Of a DNA stretch of 64,000 nt, positions 13,490-25,249 are shown piece by piece. The position numbers were made by a program, and so were the translations under genes. The DNA comes from Takakia lepidozioides (Eukaryota; Plantae; Bryophyta). Under the pieces are notes generated by a model. It had not been told where the DNA came from. It worked only from the letters and a program-made list of their open reading frames with translations, and did not search any database. The stretch spans positions 53,506,001-53,570,000 of the forward strand of contig CM060732.1 of the NCBI GenBank assembly GCA_030704615.1, written 5' to 3'. The stretch's first letter is position 1; each line of letters starts with the position of its first letter.

Positions 13490-14510
13490 TGGCCATGTGC
13501 CATCGTCAAAGCTGAAACTGTACTAGTTGTCATTCTGACCACTGCCCTAGTGGACATGTATGCCAAATGTGGGTGCAGCAAGCCTGATGCAAAGGGAGAG
13601 TTCGACAACATGGCTAAATGAGATGTGGTGTTGTGGACTGCCATGATTGTAAGGGTTGTGTAGCATAGGTGTGGGAGTAAGGCTTTGGAAACCTAAGAAC
13701 AAATGATGTGGGAAAGGATGAAGCCAAACCAGGTCATGTTCATTTGTGTTTGTTAATATACATATGCGAGCCTAGCAGCCCTGGGAAGGGGCCAAGAGGT
13801 TCATGGTGACATCATCAAAGCTGGAATTGTACCTGATGTCATTCTGAACATTCCCTGGTGTACATGTATGTCAAATGCGAGCCTGGTAGCCCTGGAAAGG
13901 ACGCAAAGGTCCATTATCAAATCTAGAATTGTACCACTAGATGTCACTCTAAACACTGCCTTGGTGGATATGTATGTCAAATGCACGCGTGGCAGCCCTG
14001 AAAAAGGGTACAGAGGTCCACGGTGATATTGTCAAAGCTGGTATTGTATTGTATTGATGTGATTCTGAACGTTGCCGTAGTGGACATGTATGCCAAGGTT
14101 GCAGGGTGCAACTACAAGGACACATGGTAGTTCTGATAATATGGCTGAATGAGATGTGGTACCAGCCTAGCCCATAATTGCACTTACCTAGAGTAGGCAA
14201 TGAGTGAAGACGGGGTTTGTGATGTTGATCGTCCAAGCTGGGAATTAAACAAATGTTGTTCTGAACTATGCCCTTGTGGACTTGTATGCCAAATTGGGGT
14301 GCATGGAGGATGATGATCCCAGGATATGCACAACAGCGGCACGGGATGGAGGCCCTTTGGAGAGGTCTATGAGCAAGTGGTGTGGGAAGGGATACTGCAG
14401 CGCAACCACATTGCGTTTGTTACATTTGCAACATGTGTGCAAGCCTGGCAGCCCTGCAAAATAGCAAAGAGGTTCGTGGTGGAATTGTACTAGATGTCGA
14501 TCTGAACTTT
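13490..14510 (+). pseudogene. Degenerate PLS PPR fragments
   Basis: ALVDMYAKCG, DVV.W.AM and HGDIIKAGIVPDVIL motifs with many indels. Confidence 0.75.
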
Positions 14511-15328
14511 GACATGATGCCAATGTGACAACAGGAAAGTATCCAGAAACAGGTCACAGAGACAAGGAGAAGTTGTGGAATGGTGGGACAACCGAGGGAA
14601 AAAGGTTAATGCCTGTTAGATTATAGAGGGCAGACGCAATTCAGCATAGGAACTAGTGTGATAAGCTGAGTTGGGTGTTTCCTATAACAAATGTAGGCTG
14701 TCATTATCAGCTGCAAGGCAAGGAAGTATGCATGATTTGTGCAGAAGCAGTGATAGCTGAAAGAGCAGGGATAGAGTATGGGTCCAGATTCATCCAAGAG
14801 GGCCAGATTTCAAGCACATGATTACCTATGATTAGCTGTGGATTTAGCTATAAGAAACCTGCATGGGTAGATGGTGAACTGGAAGCCGCAGGAGTAGCGG
14901 CACAATTGATAAAATCAAGCACTGCTAATAAAGGCACCTTCTTCAACACATTTCACCCTGTTTTTCCCTCTTATCAGAACCGGCCCTAAATTTCAATGTC
15001 TGCAAGTTAGCTGGTTGAGTGAATCTAGTTTGGAGTGACTTTGACATGATATTGCCAATATGACAACAGGAAAGTATCAAAAAACAGTTAACGGAGATGA
15101 GGGGAAGCTGTGGAATGAATACTTTTCTGACCCCAGTCAATGGTGGGACAACCGAGGCAAAAAGGTAAATGCCTGTTGGATTACAGAGAGTAACAGATGC
15201 AATTGAGAATATGAACTAGTGTGGTAAGTTGAGTTGGGTGTTTGCTGGAACAAATGTAGGCTGTCATTGTCAGCTGCTAACAGCAATGCAAGGATATATG
15301 CATGATCTATGCAGAGGCATGGATAGCT
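14510..15328 (+). pseudogene. Further PDF-motif exon/intron duplicates
   Basis: WWDNRGKK|gt at ~14580 and ~15140; IHPRGPDFKH at ~14790. Intron sequence matches 7425-7618. Confidence 0.75.
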
Positions 15329-15800
15329 ACCAAGGGGGTTGCCTTGTAGTGCGGGCTAATGCGGAAGCTACGTGCTTCCGTTCACGTACTATAATCGTGT
15401 AGCCTCGGGACGAAGTCGTAGTGCGACTTCGACGTGTTCCCGTACCTCAGGCCAGCATTCCAAGGTGGACCCAATTGTAGTGATTGGGGCGCACGGTTGG
15501 TTCAAGGTCATCTTCCTAATAAAAAAGGGTTCAAGGTGAACCCTTGCTCAAGCTGATGCCAAAAGTGACATCATGAGCGGTCGCAAGCAATGTTGTTGCA
15601 GCAAGGCGATTCGGGGAGGATCGTTCCTTGGCCTTGAGGTAGGCCAAGAAGAGTGCACTGGGTGTGGGGTTTGGTTATTTGCCATGGGACGCCATGGTGC
15701 GGAAACAAACTCCTTGATGTGGGACGCCACAACTTGGATGTTTGTTTCTACAAAATGGACAAGTCGATGAGGACACCGACGCCCCGTTGGTAGGGGTGTG

Positions 15801-16525
15801 TGTCGCAGCCCTTTGCCTTGAGGGCAGGGGGTTGGGACGCAGAGGGGCTGCCCCTGTGGTGGGGGCGGTGGCAGCAATAGGTACGGGGGGCTGAAGCACC
15901 CTTGAGTGCCCAAGGCACTCAAGGAGGCGGAGGCGCTCACTAGGTGGAGCCCCGCACACCGGGTTGCGGTGGGGGTGGCTCCACAAGGGGTGGTGGTAGC
16001 TTAGTGGGACTTAGTGGGGGTGGCATAGGACTCACCATGGGGCGGAGACCTTGTGGTGGGAGTCGTGGGGAGTCTTGGGACTCACCACGGTCCAATGGGA
16101 CCGTGGTGGGTGGGCCAAGACTCACCGCGACTCATCACCGGGAATCGAGGGTCTTCGTGGTGGTTCGCCATAAAATGGCATGGTTGTTTGTGAAACCTCC
16201 GCGGACAGTCACAGAAGTATATATAGGGAGTAGTAACCCCGAGAATAGTGCAAGCCCGTTGGTGACAAAAAACTAATGAGTAAGCGAGCGAGCCTGAAAG
16301 CGACCAAGAAGTGGGGAACTATTCCGGATTGTCATCTATCAAAGGGAATTTTCACTAGGCCCATATTGGTGGAGGGTCTGTTGGGAGACAAAAGGGGGAC
16401 CGTTATGTCCCGGTGAGCAGCTGAAGCTCCGAGTTGGCCCGACGGCCAGGTTGGGAATTAGGCGCGCGCATCAAAGCGAGTAACTATGACTTGAAGGGGA
16501 GCTTACCGAAGTGAGGTGCGCGACA
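15801..16525 (+). mobile_element. 3' LTR of Ty3/Gypsy element B
   Basis: TGTCGC...CGCGACA termini, preceded by the purine-rich tract ggtaggggtgtg. Near-identical to the reverse complement of 20431-21095 apart from a ~60-bp indel. Confidence 0.9.
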
Positions 16526-18985
16526 CTCTTCCTTCATCATCCACCTGTGTGAGCACTGCTCCAATCCCCAACATACTCCAATCCGTATGTAGCTGGAAAG
16601 ACTGCCTCAGAATAGGTGCAGAAGTCAATCAAGCCTTGAGTTCCTCAAAGGCTTCCTCCTACTCCTCCTTCCATTGCCACTCCTGACCCACCTTGGTCAA
16701 CTTGGTAAGAGCCTTTGCAATGCTACTAAATCCCTTGATAAACCGTCAATAGTAGTTTGTCAATCCCATGAAAGCACGAACTCTGCTCACATCCATAGGG
16801 CATGGAATGCATGCAATAGCCTCCACCTTTGTCTGTTGAACACCCAATCCTCCAGGGTATATCACGTGGCCCAGATACTCAATCTGTTTTTGGAAGAACT
16901 TGTTGGGGTGCAGTTTCAACCCGTGCGCTCTCAAGCGCTCAAACACCACCTGAAGGTGTCTCTCATGCTCCTCAACCATAGCACTAAAGACGGTGATGTC
17001 ATCAATGTAGCACCGGGCGAAGTCTAGCCCCGCGAGAATCCTATCCATGACCCTCTGAAACTCTACAGGAACATTCTTCAACCCAAACGTTAAGAACCAC
17101 CATTGGTACAAACCAGTGTTGGTCTGGTATCGTGTTTTGGAGATATCAGGAGGGTCCTGGTAGTATAAAAATTTAGCTCTAGATGTCCCAAACACGGGTA
17201 TGCAATACTAAAAAAAAACCCAGATTTTGTTACTTGTAGGGTATCAATAATGCTAGCATTTCACTTTTGCAGACTTGGTATCAACAAGGGTATGAAAACC
17301 TTGATACCTGCTGATATCATCTTCGGGTAAAGTATCAAAAATTTACATTTCAGAGAGAAGCACACATTTGTTTAAAAATAAATAAAAAATAAAGCTGAAG
17401 TGCGCACTTCAGCGGCCGAAGTAAACCACCTCTGACGTTGAGTGCACTGAATATTGTAACATGCATATGAAAACTTTTGGCCTTGCATTTATAACCATTT
17501 TCACTGCCGCTGTTTTTCTTTCCAGCCACAAAGACTAATGCTGAATGCGACAGAGCACTAATACAAATAGAAACAAAACCATATGCCGCCATCTCTAGGC
17601 TATGCGCATTGATACCTGAACGGCGATACCAGCAACAGAGTTCCAACGAAAAAAACAAGTAACAACATCAACAACGGTGAGCCGAGACCAGTCGGCTAGG
17701 GTATCGGCCTCCCTGAAATCCTAATCATATCCTACAGGTAGGTTACTCTACGCATTTCCTTCCTATCTGGAACCGACTGGTAGGGGCTTCCATACCCGGG
17801 TGCATAACCGGGTTGATACATGTATTTTTGTACATACCAGACCAACACTGGTACAAATAATCCTTCCCATGTTGGTCAATCCCCCAGAATGCCGTCTTTT
17901 GCTTGTGAGCCTTTTTGATTGGCAAATGGTGGTAACCGGATCGCAAGTCCAATGTGCTAAACACCTTTGCATGCCCAATTACATCAAAGATCTCCTCTGG
18001 AGTTGGCATGACATATCTATCGGACTTAGTCTCACTATTCACAAGACGATAGTCCCCACACATCCTTCTTTCTGTCCAATTGCCATAGATATCCTTCTTA
18101 ACTGGCATCACTGTTGCCAAGGCATACTCCCCACCTGACAGCCACCTTGAGAACATCCTCTGAGCAAGAAACATTCTCAACCTCTTCAAAAACCTTGGCA
18201 ACCTTGGTCTCCTGATCCTCAGTCCATGGCTCTCCCCACTCCTCATACTGCTCCTTGAGAGATCCAATGACTCTCTCTTTGCGCATCTCATCTCATATCT
18301 GCCATGGGTGTTTGCAACCCACGATCCTGTGCTCGCCCCCACTCACTGCCTCAACCGTTCCGGTTGGCAGGGATGATGCACTATCAAATGGGAGTGCAGA
18401 AGTAGCCACCAATGCTTGCAATCTCCGTTGCTCAGCCATGCACAAGCTAATGACCCATATCAAGCAATTTAGCTCCATTGCCTGACCCAACACTTGACGA
18501 CGTGATACCTCTGACAGAGCTAGCACATCGGTAGTGCCCGTGGTAAAACCCATTGCCCGCTCTCGCTCATCTGCATTGGGCTCCACCAATTTTTGTAGCA
18601 CACTGTCCCAAATCAACCCATGACCATTGTCTCGGAAAACATGAGACGAGGGGAAACTCATGAGTGTAGGCAAGGCCACACGTGGCTGCCCCACTCGATT
18701 GACCACTGCTAGAGATAGACGATCATCATGTCGCACCCTCTGTTATTGCCTCCCTTGCGCGCGTGATCCCACCGCTGCTGCATCCAATAGCACCGCCGAT
18801 CCAATCCAAGACCGCACCTGATGCACACTGGCCATAACCTTGGTCCGAGAATCCTCCTTAAGAGGAACATTCTCCAAGATATAGCCTAGAGGTTGCACTT
18901 GTCTCGTCTGCAAGTCCCGCAAGACTCGCAACATCTCCCAAAACAAATGCGATCGCGCATCATGCAAGCCATTCCAATGACCGTG
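16526..18985 (-). mobile_element. Gypsy element A fragment: C5-MTase C-terminal half, RT and RNaseH N-part
   Basis: LFWEM..YILENV..LLDAAAVGSRA; EPNADERERAMGF..RRQVLGQAM; RRMCGDYR, LDLRSGYH, FGLKN, CYIDD; FQLHTDWSMLGIGAVL. Confidence 0.92.
17114..17850. mobile_element. Non-autonomous hAT-type element (MITE) inserted in the RT of element A
   Basis: Perfect 17-bp TIR cagtgttggtctggtat / ataccagaccaacactg; 8-bp TSD gtacaaac (17106-17113) and gtacaaat (17851-17858); no coding capacity. Confidence 0.9.
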
Positions 18986-20375
18986 GGAGCCTCTATTGAG
19001 GTGCGTTCTGCCAAAGGAGAACCACAATTGGTGACGAGGTTGGCTCGGGAGTCCCAGCTTCCGTGCCGTTGCCGGTGTCATGAAGGAGTGCGACGCTCCT
19101 GTGTCCACCAACAACGACACGTTAGATTTGGAAATTATAACATCCACGAACATTAACTGACTTCCTTTACGCAAGGTGCAGTTTCCTGATACAACTCACA
19201 AGAGTAGTTGTCTACCTTGCAAGTCTTGGCGACCACCACCTGCACCAAGCGACTGATTGAATCTTCGGACAGCTCCGTGGCTGCCCGAGTCATGTTCAAT
19301 TGTCGGGGTTTCGTGCACTTCTTGGCCATGTGCCCGGGCTCCCCACAATTGAAGCACACTCCATCGAAGGTCGTCTTTTGTCCGCCATAAGGCATCGCAC
19401 CTGATTTTCCTTTCGGAGCATCGGGTGTCGTCTTGGCGTGTAAAGGCCATCCCTTCGATTTCCACGTGCCATTGTCGCCGCGTGGCCTATCCTACTTCTT
19501 TTCCGGTTGAAAGGAGTCACCCTCCCGCCGGGTCTTCTTGTGGTTCAGCTCCATACGGCTTTGTCTTTTGCCCCTAGGGACATCCGAGAAACATTCAGCC
19601 CTCTCAATTGCCTCGATCAAAGTCTTAGGTGGCTTCTCCTCCAACTTCCGCTTGGCCCATGGGGCCAGTCCCGCCACAAAGTTGAAGACCATTTCTGGTT
19701 CTGCCATGTCCGCGACTTCGAGCAACAGCTCATTGAAAGCCTGAACATATCCCCGAATGTCATCCGTTTGCTTCAAATTCCTCATCTTGTCCCGGGCGAG
19801 CCAGGACGCGTTGAGGGGCACAAACTGTCTCTTCATAAGTTCCCTGAACCCACTCCAGTTCAAGGTTTCCGGGTTTGGACCTCGGTCGTGAAGGCGTTTA
19901 TGCCACCATTGTTGAGCATAGCCCCTCAAATAGGTGGGAGCCTCTTCCACCCGATCCTCGTTACTCAACTTGGCCGCCCGGAAGTACTGCTCTAGCTCCA
20001 AGAGCCAGGTGTTGAGTGCCTTCCGATTTCGGACGCCCTCGAAGGTGTCGGGTTCCTTAGGCTTCACCTTAAATTTTGCCTTAGTGGAAGTGGCATTAGC
20101 CGCCTTCAAGACGTCTTTCAACGTCCCGCCAAATTGCGTCAACAACCCTTCCCAAAAGGCTGCTGGCATGGGAGACATCTTTTGGTCTGTCGGAGCTCTC
20201 ATGGATTCTTTGGGCTCCGACTCCTCAATTTCTCTCGTTCTTGAACGGCCTCGTTTTCAAAAGCATGCATCGCTTCCTCAAATGGCCACTTCGGTGAAAC
20301 GTCGCCCCTATAGGGCTCACCAGGATCATCATCTTTCGAGCCGTTCCGCTTTTGCTTTGGCTTGCCCGACCCCAT
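18986..20375 (-). mobile_element. Gypsy element B gag, zinc knuckle and N-half of aspartic protease
   Basis: KPKEPDTFEG, YLRGYAQQWW, LKQTDDIRGY (retrotransposon gag); CFNCGEPGHMAKKC; LVDTGASHSF. Confidence 0.92.
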
Positions 20376-20416
20376 GATGAGGCCGATCCCAATGACGATC
20401 ACGTACTGAACTCTAA

Positions 20417-20428
20417 GCTCTGATACCA
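20417..20428 (-). promoter_or_regulatory. Primer-binding site (initiator tRNA-Met) of element B
   Basis: TGGTATCAGAGC on the - strand, 2 nt after the LTR's CA end. Confidence 0.92.
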
Positions 20429-20430
20429 AG

Positions 20431-21095
20431 TGTCGCGCACCTCACTTCAGTAAGCTCCCCTTCAAGTCATAGTTACTCGCTTTGATGCGCGCGCCTAACT
20501 CCCAACCTGGCTGTCGGGCCAACTCGGAGCTTCGGCTGCTCACCGGGATATAACGGTCCCCCTTTTGTCCCCCAACAAACCCTCTACCAATTTGGGCCTA
20601 GTGGAAATTCCCTTTGGTAGATGGCAGTCCGGAATAACTCCCCACTTCTTGGTCGCTTTCCGGCTCGCTCGCTTATTCATTAGTTTTTGGTCACCAACGG
20701 GCTTGCACCGTTCTCGGGGTTACTACTCTTTATACATACTTCTGTGACTGTCCGCGGGGGTTTCACAAACAACCATGCCATTTTATGGCGAACCACCACG
20801 AAGACCCTCGATTCCCGGTGATGAGTCGCGGTGAGTCTTGGCCCACCCATCCGCCCCATGGTGAGTCCTATGCCACCCCCACTAAGTCCCACTAAGCTAC
20901 CACCACCCCTTGTGGAGCCACCCCCACCGCAACCCGGTGTGCGGAGCTCCACCTAGTGAGCGCCTCCGCCTCCTTGAGTGCCTTGGGCACTCAAGGGTGC
21001 TTCAGCCCCCCGTACCTATTGCTGCCACCGCCCCCACCACAGGGGCAGCCCCTCTGCGTCCCGACCCTCTGCCCTCAAGGCAAAGGGCCGCGATA
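20431..21095 (-). mobile_element. 5' LTR of element B
   Basis: Homologous to 15801-16525, followed by PBS and gag, and flanked by AAGAG at 21096-21100. Confidence 0.9.
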
Positions 21096-22878
21096 AAGAG
21101 AGTTCGTAGTGGCATATACTAGCCGCTCGAACAATGATGCCGAGGCGAAGTATAGTTCCTATGAAGGGGAGTGTCTAGCTGTGGTATGGGCAGTGACACA
21201 TTTCAAATGCTACCTCTATGGCAATCTCGTCACCCTTGTCACGGATCACCAACCATTGAAATGGTTGATGGAGTCAGACAAGCTTATAGGGAAGCTTGCA
21301 CGGTGGGCACTTCTGCTTCAAGAGTACGACTTTCAAATGGTGCATCGAGCCGGTATTGTCAATCGGGATGCAGTCGTAATCCATGCACGAGTGAGTTGAT
21401 GATACTGGAGCTCAGTGGCATGGTGAGACGGATGAGGAGTTGGTGTCAGGATGGCATGCATCGGCCTTTTTGTGCATTCTAGCAAAGGGAGCTCAAGCTG
21501 GTTCATCCCATACAATTGGTCATGTAGATAGCATGCATGACGATCCAGAGATTAGTGAGGAGTTCGGTGGTGCTAAGGATGTGCATGAAGATGCAACAAT
21601 GTTATATACCTTCGTACCGGAGAGACAACAGCCAGTGTGACTGCTAAGGAGATGGATCGAGTCCTACAACGAGGCGCACAAGGTTCAAGTGGGATGGAAC
21701 TCACATACTCTGGGTATGGGAGGGGATGGACGAGTGAGGATTGTGCCTCATTCAACATAACGAGCGCGATTGATACGCCATGCCCATGAGGAGTTGAGAC
21801 ATTTTGGGGTGCGGCGCACTCATAGTTTGCTGCAAGGGCAGTATTGGTGGCGGGGTATGCACATGGATGTGCAACAATTAGTGGCAAAGTGCATGGTGTG
21901 TGATAGAGTACGGGCTTCTTTCAACGCCCCTACTCCACAATTGCATCTTTTACCCATTATGGGTTTGGGCTATCGTTGGAGTCTTGACTTCGTAGGCCCA
22001 TTGCCATTGAGGATTCGCCATAACAAGTATGTGCTGGTGATGATGGAACACTTCTCCAAATGGATTGAACTGGTGACATTGCCTGACAAGGCAAGTGAGG
22101 GGGCTGCGTATGCATTCTTAGATTGAGTGCTTAGCCATTTTGGTGCTCCAGCCGAAGGTACTCACGGACCAGGGGAGAGAGTTCTTGGGGGAGTTTCAGG
22201 CTTTGTGTGAGCAAGCCTTGATAGATCACCGCACTACTTCTGATGGCTTGGCGGAGAGAGTTGTTTAGACAGTCAAGAGAGGTTTGCGCAAGTACGGTTT
22301 GCAGAAGGGACACCTAGGAGATTGGGACCTTCAGCTGCCTTGGCTAGCTATGGGCTATAGGTTCAGCAAACAAGCTTCACTTGCATCATTCTCACCTTAC
22401 TTTCTTCTCTTCGGCCGAGAGCCGGATTTTTCTGCATCTATTTGTAGGGAGGCTGCAGTAGTTCTCAACCTTGATGATCCGGATGTGTGGATACAAGTAT
22501 GTGCCCAGTGGGCAGAGTTGGTCAAGAGAGTCATGCCTATGGCTTTTGAGAACCTTGCTATTGCCCAACACCGAGACACATTGAAATATGCCACTATACG
22601 TGGAGGGGGATATCGGCCAAGTGTTCGGCGTTTCCACCCTGGGGACTATGTGTATTTGCAGCAGACAACGCCTACGACCTTAGATGTCATAGCAGGACGT
22701 GTGATTCTAAGGGTCAGGGAGGTGTTGCCTTCAGGAGTATTGATTCTGGAGGGTCGAGATGGCATGGTATGGAAAGACCATGTGTGCAATCGTGCGCCAT
22801 GTCACCTTCTACATGTGGATGGGAGGATAGATCCCAATTTTGCAGTGGTACCTGCAGGGTTGCGTTGCATGCTGGTGG
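21096..22878 (+). mobile_element. Gypsy element A: RNaseH C-part and integrase, cut at the start of the PHD finger
   Basis: EFVVAYTSR..YEGECLAVVW..TDHQPL; HEELRHFG..C..C zinc finger; WSLDFVGP, TDQG.EF, GLAER.V (DDE core); ends AGLRCML. Confidence 0.92.
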
Positions 22879-22905
22879 CACTACTACAGAAACCGGTTTT
22901 TCCAA
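22879..22905 (+). mobile_element. CACTA terminal sequence interrupting element A
   Basis: CACTACTACAGAAACCGG begins where homology to element A stops. I saw no matching right end. Confidence 0.6.
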
Positions 22906-24179
22906 CACCACCCATAGTTCACACCTGGCACTTTGAACATCTCCTCTTACACCCATGTGAGAGGAGGCAAGGTGTGATCTGGACCATTGTAGGAAAACCC
23001 ACATGGTGTTACAAATTTCACACTCGAATGACACCCATACGGTCAACGGGTGTTGACCAAGATAATGCATATGGGGCATTTGACATGAGTGTGAAATGAG
23101 TCATGGAGTGTGAGGTTAGTGTGAGATGTCCTACAGGAATTTGGGGCAACTATATGGCGTGGCACATTGACCATCCAGGTGGAAGATAGATGGATGAAAT
23201 GACTTCCACCTCTATTCAACATGCCTTGGACGACATAACACATAGACTTTTGTTTAGAGAATTTAAAAGTTCAAAAATGTTATTAGGGTTATGGGGTCTG
23301 CATGTAGAGGGCTGTGGGACTTGTAGTTTTTCTTTGCCGGCTCGTTTAGAATCTGAATGCCCACCAGTGCAGGCCATCCATTTAAGTTGATGCCAAAATG
23401 CATTTTCATCCAAACATCAAAGCTCTCAAAATAGACAACCTCAAGTAAAATGAGAATGAGATCGGCAGAACCGAAAGGGCATAGAATTCTCTTCAATATT
23501 GAACACTGCCTGCAACTATTGGCTATAACTTGCCCTGTCCTGTCACATATAATCCCTTTGGGAACCAGCAATCCAAAAACATGCACTGCTCATGCAGCTG
23601 ACGACAATATCGTTATGAGAATGTCACACTATAATCAACAATGTACAACAATTGCTTTGAGAAGCTATAGATAAAACTACCTCATGTCGTCTCAGAGATT
23701 TGTGAGCGCCCAAAATGTCAATCCCATTTCTGTCTAGTCAACCTTGACACGCAGTTCGGGACACGCAGCAGAGAGGGCGCGTAGGCGCATGTGCACAACA
23801 ACCCTAGGCCCCTCACAATGAGACAGTCTGAAGCTGAGCTGAGCACGAATTTCAATCTCTACTAGTCCAACCGTACTAGAGAAATATCCAGTGATCCTCA
23901 GACAAGGCTTTCTTCACCACCTTACAAAAATTGTTCCCAATGACTACCTCCCTGTCCACATTGTTGCTTGATGTCGAGAAGCTTGGACAAAGTGCCTTGC
24001 TCTTTGTGACTGGCTCCCTTTTTGAGACAGCAGGGTTTTTTTTTGACGGGTGTACTTCACTCACAACCGTCTTTTTTACACTACGTCCGGGATATCAATG
24101 ATCGCCCCAGCCTGAATTTTGCCCCACCCTATCAAGCGCCAGTGTTTTTTAACTAGTGCTTTTCAACTCGTCTGCTGAG

Positions 24180-24975
24180 GGCCCCACTTTCTCCCCTCTA
24201 CTGGACATATATGCACAATAAAGTACTCTGCCACAATCGCCCCCCTAGCTGGTGGATAGGTCCCTCTACCTCCAGATAGCTACAAGATGTAATAACCACA
24301 GCCGTACTAAGTCCTCTATCACTGTCCCTATTGTACTCAAACTCTATAGACCAAGAGGCCGGGTACAAGAGTAGCCCCATCGTTAGTCGCCGTCTTGCAA
24401 TCTGTGAACTTGAGCCAGGATCTCGTGTGTTCAAGGTCTCCTAGTAGCTTGGCATTGCATTTCTTGTTAGCCTTCCATGGTTGTATCCACTCCCACTATC
24501 CAATGCAATGTGGACATAACCAATCCCCATCCGGAACCATCTCAAGAGGTGGAGTCAAGCATCCCATATGCCAACCTCTAGAGCATCGATCATACACCAG
24601 CATGGTGGCTGCCCCTTTAGCAGACCCACACAACATGCACCTCAAACCTGCAGATACCGCTGCCAGGTTTGGGTCAATCCTGCCATCGACATTCGGAAGG
24701 TGACATGGCGCACAATTACGCACATGGTCCTTCCAAGTTATGCCATCCCGACCCTCCGAGACCAAGACGCCTGAGGGCAAGACCTCTCGAACCCTCAAAA
24801 TAACACGTCCTGCAGTCACATCCAAGGTCGTAGGAGCAGTCTGCTGCAGATAGACATAGTCACCAGGGTTGAATCTCCGAACCCCATGACGATAGCCCCC
24901 ACCACGTATGGTAGCATACCTCAACGTATCACGGTGTTGTGCAATGCCAAGGTTCTCGAAACCCATGGGCATGAC
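24180..24975 (-). mobile_element. 3' end of element A pol: integrase C-terminus, PHD finger and a possible PPT
   Basis: Same sequence as 22540-22870, continuing CMLCGSAKGAATMLVYDRCSRGWHMGCLTPPLEMVPDGDWLCPHC*; purine tract aggggagaaagtggggc at ~24181-24197. Confidence 0.88.
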
Positions 24976-25249
24976 TTAAAGCTAGAATATTTCGAAAAAA
25001 TCCTAATCTAAATTTACTAACAAGTGTTCAAACCAGCCCAATGGTAATATATTTTATTACCATTATCAAATGTTTGTCTACGTGGTGTGGTTTTCTAGAC
25101 AAGTCTGGTAGCAGGATTTTAGCCTCTGACCTAGAATGACTTAAAGTGCAAAAGGTTAAAAAGTCAAAAAGTTGCTAATAAGGTTGCCCATTAGGATAAT
25201 CGTGAACACAGAGGAGGGCTGGGACTTGGCGTTTTTTTTTGTCTCCGGC

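Noticed and set aside
15345-15800. Longer LTR starting TGTAGT at 15345
   Set aside because: Homology to the other LTR and the terminal inverted TGTCGC both start at 15801.
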